The notes under the pieces are model-generated. The model had not been told where the DNA came from. It did no database searches and saw only the letters and a list, made by a program, of their open reading frames with translations. From the NCBI GenBank assembly GCA_029907355.1, contig JARYLZ010000005.1, forward strand, positions 5,466 through 69,465: a stretch of 64,000 nt of DNA. The letters are read 5' to 3'. Shown here piece by piece: positions 10,501-16,607 of this stretch (position 1 is its first letter; every line of letters begins with the position of its first letter). Both the position numbers and the translations under genes were made by a program. The stretch is from Bacteroidota bacterium (lineage in GTDB: Bacteria > Bacteroidota > Ignavibacteria > SZUA-365).

Positions 10501-11245
10501 CAGCGTAACATGCGGAGAGCGTTTCCCGCACGAAACCGCCCGGCGCATCGATCGCCGTCTCTCGCTTCGATCGGAGATGGAAGGCCGTTTGCCCCTCATA
10601 TGCGAGCGCAATAGCGGCGGGGTTCCCTCCCGGCCGGATGACGAAGGAATATTTCAGGATCGGAACCGCTTCATGCCCGTTTTCATGAACGGAGAAAACG
10701 ATATCGATCAGCGGCCACACGCCGCGAAGAATGACCTTGCGATATTTCCGAATCCCGGTACATCCACCAGGCGAGAGCGCGTGGCCGTAGTATGACTCAT
10801 AGCCGGGAAGTTGTTCTTCCGCCGATACGGATACCAAGGGGGATGCACCGATGAAATGGACGTCGATGCGTGATGTGCGGAAACGCTCGCTGGAGAAACA
10901 CCCTCCCTGAGGACGGTATCCATGCTGCTGCAAGAAAATTCCGTTGTTATCAGGGAAAGACTGTTTCGTCGATGCAGGCTGCGGCGTTATGATCTCGTAA
11001 GAAAAGCCATCGCGCCGAAGATGGAAATGGAAATCCGGTCTCGAGAAAATATAAAGGACATCGGCTCGTACGGTGCCGTCCTGGTCATGAACCTGTCCGC
11101 GGTTCTCCACAAAACATGCTTCCCTGCGAATCGCAAACCGTGCAACCGACTCGTTCCCGGGGAGATATTCAGCGCTGTTGCCGGTAAGGCGAGAAACCGG
11201 GAAACACAAAAGAACAGTGTGAAAAGTGATCCATACTCCAAACAT
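4544..11245 (-). CDS. Giant secreted adhesin-like protein (about 2,233 aa) and probable T9SS cargo. Order of parts: signal peptide, DUF7948-like N-terminal region, SBBP beta-propeller repeats, many two-Cys Ig-like modules, cohesin-like domain, Por_Secre_tail-type C-terminal domain.
   Basis: The start is MFGVWITFHTVLLCFPVSRLTG (ATG 11245). There are seven W(A/G)TY(Y/F)GG... repeats and about 15-16 C-x-GD...GC modules. The last ~80 aa, RNRPNPFNATTHIEY...LSSGVYLCVLTT...RRLDVVK, look like a T9SS type A sorting domain (about 4544-4795). Confidence 0.85.
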   Translation of the reverse strand: MFGVWITFHTVLLCFPVSRLTGNSAEYLPGNESVARFAIRREACFVENRGQVHDQDGTVRADVLYIFSRPDFHFHLRRDGFSYEIITPQPASTKQSFPDNNGIFLQQHGYRPQGGCFSSERFRTSRIDVHFIGASPLVSVSAEEQLPGYESYYGHALSPGGCTGIRKYRKVILRGVWPLIDIVFSVHENGHEAVPILKYSFVIRPGGNPAAIALAYEGQTAFHLRSKRETAIDAPGGFVRETLSACYAVPEDCMGKLDVSDISSPAGGGTFFPSSPVEASFLVKKNTLRFAVGKNISPDYLVIDPTIQWATYYGGTSGDYVLGVSTDPTNNVVACGWTQSTTMIATAGAYQTTLAGTSDAFVVRFSPTGVRLWATYFGGSGNDFANAVSARSPNAIAVAGMTSSTSGIATAGAQQTAFAGGLYDGFLLKMNAAGYLQWATYFGGPETDECRGVSLNSGGDIAVCGRTASPSGIATAGAHQTVFGGGNDDAFIALYTPIGSLSWASYFGGAQGETANAVSLESAGTVVFAGTTESPNGIASIGAFSTALKGTSDAFVAKFSPSGARLWGTYYGGPGEEAGLGVATDNNGFIALSGWTTSMTDIATVGAHQSSYQLNRDAFLIRLSGNGSLQWGTYFGGAFRDEASAVAMDAAGDIFITGTTESLNGISTPGAHQLALSVAPDAFLAKISLSGGQLWGTYLGGSGSDAAFSLAVDASGSPVIGGMTDSPASVSTTGSHQPSFGGGTMDGFVAKFNGAHGTNNINILAVSKDTLCAGETVQITFSATGNFLSGNVFTAQLSNPLGYFSPPTAIGQLASTTSGAITAIIPTSAVNGSSYRVRVVSSNPPFTSADNGRDLVIYALPDTSLAVISSQVLCTGDSVPLCAVIKPDYTYQWFRNGTPIAGADNSCYTAHTGGTYAVRISNRGKCPLMSRQILVQEIPLPDISIHPYGTAGICEGDTVLLRASVSPGCTLQWFRDGTELVGANDTVLHVSEEGLYRALVRSSTGCARLSDIVRVEVHPLPVATVTPSSPVVLCNGDSIVFLAGGSVGVSCQWQRDGFDVPGAIGTRYTAREPGSYRVVVSDRFGCTSASPAVVVRTETIPQPQFDSPGPIDLCFGDSIRLHVGPPGAWSIQWLRNGSPITGAVGEGLTVREGGTYVVEFRGQAGCFSHSLPLIVHERPAPQARVRADRITACSGDSITLRASFDPSCIVMWTLNGAEFAPAVSDTLVVRVSGRYGIFVVDKYGCRAHSAPIDIVFDSLPDATVRVESPAEPCEGDTVFLYALPVADMQYTWLRDSLVIVSDTNTCIHVTESGSYRLVVTSPTGCRDSSRIISVSFGTRPALTLQGRSSVCTNSEYEYRALVKTGVEIAWHVQGGDLLTQPGEYTARVRWKAPGSGFVRVVASVFGSFCRTEYTLPVEIGDSMRPRVEPSGKVHLCGDEKITLTADSGFVSYRWNTGDTSTAITVDSPGWYFVRVHDSQGCSGTSDPVVVTWSPKPVPVIQPSGPLTLCEGDSIVLDAGAFRRWVWSTGDTTRNLTIREAVGEHEYTVLVEDSNGCRGQADPVRVRISERPRPIVSLIGSNPFCEGDSIVLAVLDRYASYRWTDGRETPSIAVRATGSYAVTVSDSVSGCEGTSDTIDVIALPVPMAKVTGPSSVCTGREGRFTVPFLDGAVYRWRVSRGDMVSGAGTNSVLIHWSASTKDTVFVEVLSPDGCRNTGFLEVETGDRIRVPLKPSGDAFLCAGDTMTVEAPAGFERYRWSNGDTTNRIPVWASGNYWVFVWDSSGCEGVSDTAHVFIRPLPQPRITCLPDSFVCMGDSVIADAGEKYRAYAWSTGDTTRFVTIRSDTHLQVRVTDDAGCVGISPGVSVAFLPRTVPAVIAHGSVEFCEGDSVVLEAYPPRYAAYRWNSGDTTRTIVVRRSGAFAVKTDSMSRCPGWSDTIFVRVHPLPAVPTIHRNGDTLMAPPASAYRWFENGSLLAGEIQRWVVGRKGAVYVVEVTNEFGCRAVSAPFHFEDMRASTTISLPTMAAEPGTRVVIPLALDTSVRFPRGVHRLTAQIRFHRDLLLPLQHAYRDSLDQRIVSIAAQDDPSSDTVFRFPAMAMLGPVPSTPLVFQRFQWDDESVVVQTRDGEFRLRICEEGGPRLFDDKGGPLLLRNRPNPFNATTHIEYTCIEEGHVELVVLDVLGKRIAVLAEGRKAPGSYSVVFDASELSSGVYLCVLTTPSQRVVRRLDVVK
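5205..8670 (-). repeat. Intragenic tandem array of about 15-16 Ig-like modules (~72-80 aa), each with two conserved Cys, in two sequence flavours
   Basis: Flavour 1 reads ...LC-x-GDS(V/I)-x-L...(Y/L)QW(F/L)R(N/D)G...G-x-Y-x-(V/A)...GC.... Flavour 2 reads ...(L/F)C-x-GDS...Y(R/A)W(N/S)(T/S)GDTT...GC-x-G-x-SD.... Boundaries are approximate. Confidence 0.65.
8985..10330 (-). repeat. Intragenic tandem array of seven SBBP-type beta-propeller repeats (~57-60 aa each)
   Basis: The recurring pattern is W(A/G)TY(Y/F)GG-x-(G/E)-x-D/E...(I/V)A(T/S)xGA(H/Q)Q...DAF(V/L)(A/V)(K/R). Boundaries are approximate and were located from WATYYGG at ~10320 and FVAKFNG at ~9000. Confidence 0.7.
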
Positions 11246-11642
11246 CCTCTTCCGCAGGCGAAGCGGTTTGGGTTTCGGATATGGGAAAGCGCTCTTCCGG
11301 GAATGGTATTCACATTGCATAGGAACGGAACGATACGGACCAGGGTAAATTACCCTCTTCTATGAACATATCACATACGCTCACCGACCGAAACCATCAT
11401 CGCTTCACATTTCCCAGCGACCTTTTGCATGCGTGACCATCGCTTTCCCCATGATATTGAGATACACAGCAACGGTTCATGCGTGACCGCAGGGTGGGGT
11501 CCGATGGAAATATCGGCTCATCCCCGATGATAAGGCGATGTTTTTCATCGTCGAAAGTGCGGGAACATATTGTATTTCGGTGGCTTTCTTCCTATACTTG
11601 ATATGCTGATTTCCCCGCAGATATTCTGAACCGCGGGGACAG

Positions 11643-11659
11643 ACAGGTATAATACCTGT
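11643..11659. promoter_or_regulatory. Perfect 17-bp palindrome ACAGGTAT-A-ATACCTGT containing TATAAT (11648-11653), just upstream of the NUDIX/MutY/Ogg genes. Candidate -10 element plus operator.
   Basis: Read directly from the sequence: 8-bp arms around a central A. It lies 31 nt upstream of ATG 11690 and 13 nt upstream of the alternative TTG at 11672. Confidence 0.4.
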
Positions 11660-11689
11660 TATTCCTCACGGTTGAATGATAGAATCGCC

Positions 11690-12085
11690 ATGTACGATGA
11701 CACGAACGAGCCGGTGCGCGTAGCCGCCGGAATTCTCAAAAAAGACGACCAGGTCTTGATCTGCCAGCGCGGAATCAACCGCCGGTACGGTCTGCGTTGG
11801 GAATTCCCGGGTGGAAAGGCTTATCCAGGTGAAGCGCTCTCCGAGTGCCTCGTCCGTGAACTCGAAGAGGAACTTGGGATTACGCCGACCCAGTACAAGG
11901 AACTCCGCACGCTCCAAGCGGATTATCCGGACGGTGGACGTTTCCTGATCACCTTTTTCCTCGTACACGCGTACGAAGGCCAATTACAGAACCGCGTCTT
12001 CGAGAAGATCGAATGGGTACCGTTGTCCCGCATCCGTTCCTACGATCTTCTCGAGGGCTCGCTCCCGATTCTCCAGTATCTTTGA
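11690..12085 (+). CDS. NUDIX hydrolase, MutT-like (8-oxo-dGTP diphosphatase family)
   Basis: The Nudix box is complete: GKAYPGEALSECLVRELEEELGI fits G-x5-E-x7-REUxEExGU. It is 131 aa from ATG 11690. The ORF track begins at TTG 11672, which remains an alternative start. Confidence 0.8.
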   Translation: MYDDTNEPVRVAAGILKKDDQVLICQRGINRRYGLRWEFPGGKAYPGEALSECLVRELEEELGITPTQYKELRTLQADYPDGGRFLITFFLVHAYEGQLQNRVFEKIEWVPLSRIRSYDLLEGSLPILQYL

Positions 12086-13044
12086 CGCGCATTTCGGTGA
12101 GGTGTTCCGTCCACGGGGATCTCTCGCGGATCGATGTCCGCGACGCCCGTAAACGGCTCTTGCGATGGTACCGGTCGAATGCGCGTGATTTGCCGTGGCG
12201 TTCCTGTCCAGAACCCTATGGGATTCTCGTCAGCGAATTCATGCTCCAGCAAACGCAGGTCGGCCGCGTTCTCGAGTACTTCCCCCGCTGGGTCGCCCGC
12301 TTCCCGGATCTTGCCACCCTTGCTTCCGCGAATCGACGAGATGTTCTCGTTGCATGGGCCGGTCTCGGGTACAACCGCCGCGCCCTCCTGCTCCATGACG
12401 CAGCCAAAACACTTGTCGAACGTTTCGGCGGAAACATCCCTCGTGATATCGAAACGCTTCGTCAGCTACCCGGTGTCGGGCGGTACACGGCCCGTGCGAT
12501 CGCCTCGTTCGCATTCGGCGTAAGGACGGCGGTCGTCGACACGAACGTGCGGCGCGTCGTCATCCGGTATTTCGGGCTCACGATCGGCCCGAATCCGTCC
12601 GCCACGGCGAGACAAGTCGAGACCCTCGCGGAACACTTGCTCCCTCCTCGAGCGTATGTCCGGTGGAACCACGCCATGATGGATCTCGGGGCACTCGTTT
12701 GCACATCGCGTCGTGCTTCGTGCGCGAAATGCCCCCTGGCATTTTCATGTCGTTCCGCCGGCAGTATCACGCCGCCGGAAAGACGAAGCACTCCCAAGGA
12801 AACCATCCCCCGCCGGATCTGGCGAGGCCGCATCATGTCCATCCTCCTGTCGCGTCCGCCGTTGTACCGAGCGACGTACAAGGAAATCGAGCGTGCGTTG
12901 CAGGAAGGCTTCCCACGCGACCCTCAGCCTTATCTCCCCGACGTGCTGATGTCCCTCGCCCGCGACGGCATGGTTTCCATCCCCTCCATGAGCCACCACG
13001 GGCTTCGGTCGGGATTTCGGGGTTTCATCCGTCTCGCCGAATGA
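12013..13044 (+). CDS. mutY: A/G-specific adenine DNA glycosylase, MutY-like (HhH-GPD superfamily with a 4Fe-4S loop)
   Basis: It has the MutY-type SEFMLQQTQV motif, the helix-hairpin-helix LPGVGRYTARAIASFAFG, the catalytic-Asp context VVDTNVRRV, and the cluster ligands C-x6-C-x2-C-x5-C (CTSRRASCAKCPLAFSC). ATG 12013 overlaps the NUDIX gene by 73 nt. In-frame GTG 12097 is an alternative start. Confidence 0.8.
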   Translation: MGTVVPHPFLRSSRGLAPDSPVSLTRISVRCSVHGDLSRIDVRDARKRLLRWYRSNARDLPWRSCPEPYGILVSEFMLQQTQVGRVLEYFPRWVARFPDLATLASANRRDVLVAWAGLGYNRRALLLHDAAKTLVERFGGNIPRDIETLRQLPGVGRYTARAIASFAFGVRTAVVDTNVRRVVIRYFGLTIGPNPSATARQVETLAEHLLPPRAYVRWNHAMMDLGALVCTSRRASCAKCPLAFSCRSAGSITPPERRSTPKETIPRRIWRGRIMSILLSRPPLYRATYKEIERALQEGFPRDPQPYLPDVLMSLARDGMVSIPSMSHHGLRSGFRGFIRLAE

Positions 13045-13682
13045 CGATCCGTATCCCAAACAGCGAGCGAGACGCTGTCCTTCGACTCTACCGCGAGATA
13101 CTGCCGGAAATCCGGCATCGGCTTGACGAATTCCGCGGCGTGCCGCCGGCTCGCTACTTCTACGAGCTGTGTTACTGCTTGTTGACACCTCAATCCAAAG
13201 CATCTGTTTGCGCTCTCGCCTGCTCAGAACTGGAACGGCGGGGATTCCTGCAACAACCGTTCGACCCGGAATCGCTCCTTCGTTCTCCCGGCGATGGCTA
13301 TGTCCGATTCCACCGGGTTAAAGCACGCCGTCTCGTCCGTGCCCGCGAATCCTTCCCGCCGCTCGCACATCTCTTTCACACATCCATCACCGATCGCGAA
13401 CTGCGAGTCATTCTCTCCGACCGCATCGAGGGGTTGGGGTTCAAGGAAGCGAGTCATTTCCTGCGAAACATCGGTCGGACAGGCGTGACGATCCTCGACC
13501 GGCATATTCTTCGCGGCATGGTGGAACTCGGAGTTCTCCGCTCGGTCCCATCTTCCATGAGTCGTACGCGGTATGAGCAAATCGAGACGTCGTTCAGAGA
13601 GCTTGCCGACGCGCTTCGGATTCTACCGGAGGAACTCGATCTCCTCTTGTGGAGCCGGAAGACCGGCGCTATCTTGAAATAG
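13041..13682 (+). CDS. ogg: 8-oxoguanine DNA glycosylase/AP lyase, Ogg2 (archaeal/Thermotoga-type) family
   Basis: MTIRIPNSERD... starts at ATG 13041 and overlaps the mutY stop (ATGA). The hallmark block is GLGFKEASHFLRNIGRTGVTILDRHILR, and the C-terminus reads EELDLLLWSRKTG. It is about 213 aa, the usual Ogg2 size. Confidence 0.85.
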   Translation: MTIRIPNSERDAVLRLYREILPEIRHRLDEFRGVPPARYFYELCYCLLTPQSKASVCALACSELERRGFLQQPFDPESLLRSPGDGYVRFHRVKARRLVRARESFPPLAHLFHTSITDRELRVILSDRIEGLGFKEASHFLRNIGRTGVTILDRHILRGMVELGVLRSVPSSMSRTRYEQIETSFRELADALRILPEELDLLLWSRKTGAILK

Positions 13683-14536
13683 AATTTTTCGTCCTTTCTC
13701 CCAGGATCCTTTTGCCTGTGCCGCCCCCTGACCATGACGCGGTTGTCGCCCTTCACCGAGTCACATTCTCGTACGCGGCGACCCCTGTCCTTCGCGATGT
13801 CAGCCTGCACGTGAAGCGTGGGGATTTCACGTGCGTCATCGGGCCGAACGGTGCGGGGAAAACGACGCTCCTGCGTATCATTACGGGGTACCTGAAACCT
13901 CGCACGGGCGATGTTTCTCTTTTCGGTCGTTCCCCGCGAGGCATGCGCGAAAGGGAAAGGGCTCTTCTCGCTGCTCTCGTCCCGCAGACGGAGCGGTACA
14001 CCTTTCCGCTAAGTGTGCGAGCTATGGTTCAGCTCGGGCGCTACCCCCATTCAGCCGGCCTGGGTTTCGAAACCTCGAAGGACAGGGAAAAGGTGAACGA
14101 GGCAATGCGCCTGGCAGGAGTCGAGGCATTCGCCGGACGCCTGGTTTCCTCGCTTTCCGGCGGTGAACAGCACCGCGTCTCCATCGCGCGTGCATTGGCG
14201 CAAGACACTCCTCTCATCCTCCTCGACGAGCCGAATGCCCATCTCGATATCCGCCATCAGGTCCGCCTCTTCGAACTCCTTCGTGCGCTTCACCGAAACG
14301 AACGGAAAACCATCATCTGCGTCACGCACGATTTGAATCTCGCTTCGACGTTCGCGGATCTCATCGTCCTGCTCGACAATGGTGCGATCGTCGCGTGCGG
14401 GACGCCGACATGCGTCCTCCGGCGCGAAACGCTATCCCGACATTTCGGTGTGGACGTGCGTATCATTCCATGCGATAGCGACCGGCCGATCGTCGTTCCC
14501 ATGCCGACAGAGGAAACCACAGCCGTTCATGGTTAA
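13649..14536 (+). CDS. ABC transporter ATP-binding protein, FecE/BtuD (iron-siderophore/cobalamin) type, with no cognate permease or binding protein in the window
   Basis: It has Walker A GPNGAGKTTLL, the signature LSGGEQHRV, Walker B LILLDEP, and the GRYPH and THDLNLA motifs typical of the FecE family. The start is uncertain: GTG 13649 overlaps ogg by 34 nt, and TTG 13712 or GTG 13718 are alternatives. Confidence 0.8.
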   Translation: MEPEDRRYLEIEFFVLSPRILLPVPPPDHDAVVALHRVTFSYAATPVLRDVSLHVKRGDFTCVIGPNGAGKTTLLRIITGYLKPRTGDVSLFGRSPRGMRERERALLAALVPQTERYTFPLSVRAMVQLGRYPHSAGLGFETSKDREKVNEAMRLAGVEAFAGRLVSSLSGGEQHRVSIARALAQDTPLILLDEPNAHLDIRHQVRLFELLRALHRNERKTIICVTHDLNLASTFADLIVLLDNGAIVACGTPTCVLRRETLSRHFGVDVRIIPCDSDRPIVVPMPTEETTAVHG

Positions 14537-15011
14537 ACCATCCCAAACCGAGGAGCGGTCTCCGACGCGCCGCGAAGCACGCGTCCATGCGATGCAGATC
14601 TTGTACGCGTACGAATTGTCCGGCGAGCCGATCGAAATGCTGGTCGAATCGATAGCCGGCGAAAACGCCGGGCAAGCACAGGATCACTTCGACCTCGTGA
14701 AACGCCTCGTTTACTCCGCGATCAACCATCGCAACGAGACCGAAGAGATCATCCGTTCTTTTGTGCGGCGGTGGGAATTCGACCGAATCGCGCGTGTCGA
14801 TGGCGTTCTGCTTCGCCTCGGCATTTGTGAATTCCTATACTTCCCCGAGATACCGGTGAAGGTGACCATCGACGAATACGTCGAAATCGCCAAACAATAC
14901 AGCACCGTGAAGAGCGGGCGCTTCGTCAACGGAATCTTAGACGCGGTCCTCCACGATCCCAACCTGCAATCACGCATCCGAAAAAGCGGGCGCGGCCTGG
15001 TCGATACCTGA
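14529..15011 (+). CDS. nusB: Transcription antitermination factor NusB
   Basis: The product begins MVKPSQTEERSPTRREARVHAMQILYAYELSG... and contains ...DRIARVDGVLLRLGICEF...VTIDEYVEIAKQYS...FVNGILD. ATG 14529 overlaps the ABC ATPase stop by 8 nt. Confidence 0.85.
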   Translation: MVKPSQTEERSPTRREARVHAMQILYAYELSGEPIEMLVESIAGENAGQAQDHFDLVKRLVYSAINHRNETEEIIRSFVRRWEFDRIARVDGVLLRLGICEFLYFPEIPVKVTIDEYVEIAKQYSTVKSGRFVNGILDAVLHDPNLQSRIRKSGRGLVDT

Positions 15012-16345
15012 TGATGACAGCTTCGCAGCAGCGACGGCGGAGGACGCTCTTCGGCTGGTACATGTACGACTGGGCGAATTCCGCATTCGCCACGACCGTT
15101 CTCGCAGCCCTGTTCGGTCCTTACCTCGATACCGTCGTCGTCCCGAAAGGGGGCGTGGTCGTTCCTTTCCTCGGTAAAACACCGCTCGGGGCTACCTCGC
15201 TGTACGGGTATGCCCTCGGGATCTCAGCCCTCATCGTTCTCCTCATCGCACCGCTCCTCGGCGCCGTCGCGGATGCCGGAGGCTGCCGGAAGCGTTTCCT
15301 CGCCCTCTTCGCTTTGAGCGGGAGCATCGCAACGGCTTGCATGCTCTTCATCGGAGCGGGGGATGTCACCTCCGCAATCGGCCTGTTCACGATCGCGAAC
15401 GTGTGTTTCGTGTCGGCAAACGTTTTCTACGATTCCTTTCTCCCGCACATCGCCCTGCCCGAGGAAAGGGACCGCGTTTCGGGAACGGGTTACGCTTTCG
15501 GCTACGCAGGCGGCGGCCTCCTATTTCTCTCGCATCTCCTCTTCGTACGCTACCACGATTTTTTCGGCGTTTCCGATAGCGCTTTTGCCATTCGCATCGC
15601 CCTCTCGAGCGTGGGCTTCTGGTGGGGAGGGTTCTCTCTCATCACCCTCGCGCTTATCCATGAACCCGTTTCATCGTCTCTTTCCTTTTCTTCCGCTGTT
15701 GCTGCGGGCCTCCGCCGGCTCGCGACCACGATGCGGAAACTTCGCCGCCTGCCCCAGCTCTTGCTGTTCCTCTGCGCATTCCTCGTGTTCAACGACGGTA
15801 TTCAGACCGTCATCGCGATGGCGACGGTATACGGGAGCGAGGAACTGGGGTTCGACACGATGACGCTCATGGGTTGCCTCCTCATGGTGCAGGTCGTCGG
15901 AATTGCAGGCTCGCGGTTCTTCGCCACCCTCGGGGACAGGATCGGAAGCAAGTCCGCCTTGTTGGCTTCACTGGCCGTGTGGGTTCTCGTTGCATCCTTC
16001 GCATACTTCATGACACGAGCGCTCGAGTTCTGGCTCCTGGGCGGGGCTGTCGGATTCGTCCTCGGCGGGAGCCAGGCATTGTCGCGTTCCTTGTTCAGTC
16101 GAATGATCCCCGCGGAAGCTTCCGCCGAGTTCTTCGGATTCTTCTCCATTTTCGAAAAATTCAGTGCGATCGGGGGTCCAATCGTTTTCGCAGTCGTGCG
16201 GCAGTTCACCGGCAGTTCGAGGAACTCGATTCTTGCGCTTGTCGCATTTTTCATCCTTGGTGCCATGCTCCTCTTCTTCGTCGATGTCGAACGGGCGGAA
16301 TCGGAAGGCAGTGCATTCCGTGAGGAGGGGAAGGCGGTTCTTTGA
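15011..16345 (+). CDS. MFS transporter, UMF1/Atg22-like family
   Basis: 444 aa with about 12 hydrophobic segments. The N-terminal WYMYDWANSAFATTV motif is characteristic of the UMF1 family. The ATG shares one base with the nusB stop (TGATG). Confidence 0.8.
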   Translation: MMTASQQRRRRTLFGWYMYDWANSAFATTVLAALFGPYLDTVVVPKGGVVVPFLGKTPLGATSLYGYALGISALIVLLIAPLLGAVADAGGCRKRFLALFALSGSIATACMLFIGAGDVTSAIGLFTIANVCFVSANVFYDSFLPHIALPEERDRVSGTGYAFGYAGGGLLFLSHLLFVRYHDFFGVSDSAFAIRIALSSVGFWWGGFSLITLALIHEPVSSSLSFSSAVAAGLRRLATTMRKLRRLPQLLLFLCAFLVFNDGIQTVIAMATVYGSEELGFDTMTLMGCLLMVQVVGIAGSRFFATLGDRIGSKSALLASLAVWVLVASFAYFMTRALEFWLLGGAVGFVLGGSQALSRSLFSRMIPAEASAEFFGFFSIFEKFSAIGGPIVFAVVRQFTGSSRNSILALVAFFILGAMLLFFVDVERAESEGSAFREEGKAVL

Positions 16346-16408
16346 CAACCGCTTGATGATTCGGTTTGATGTTTCCGTCGAAACGGACTACATTTCATAC
16401 AAGAGATG

Positions 16409-16482
16409 CGGGGAGTAGCGTAGCCCGGTATCGCGCCTGCTTTGGGAGCAGGAGGTCGTCGGTTCAAATCCGGCCTCCCCGA
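16409..16482 (+). tRNA. tRNA-Pro (anticodon TGG); CCA is not encoded
   Basis: I folded the cloverleaf by hand. The acceptor stem is CGGGGAG/CTCCCCG. The anticodon stem is CCTGC/GCAGG with loop TT-TGG-GA. The T arm is GTCGG-TTCAAAT-CCGGC. The variable loop is 5 nt and the discriminator is A. Confidence 0.9.
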
Positions 16483-16607
16483 CGAGAGAAGTGCAGAGGT
16501 GTGAATTCCACCGGAGAAAAGCACGACGATGGAGAAGGACACGCCGCGTGACATGCATGACCACCATGTAATCTCGCCGCGGGGAGTCGCCACACACGCT
16601 GGTGCGC

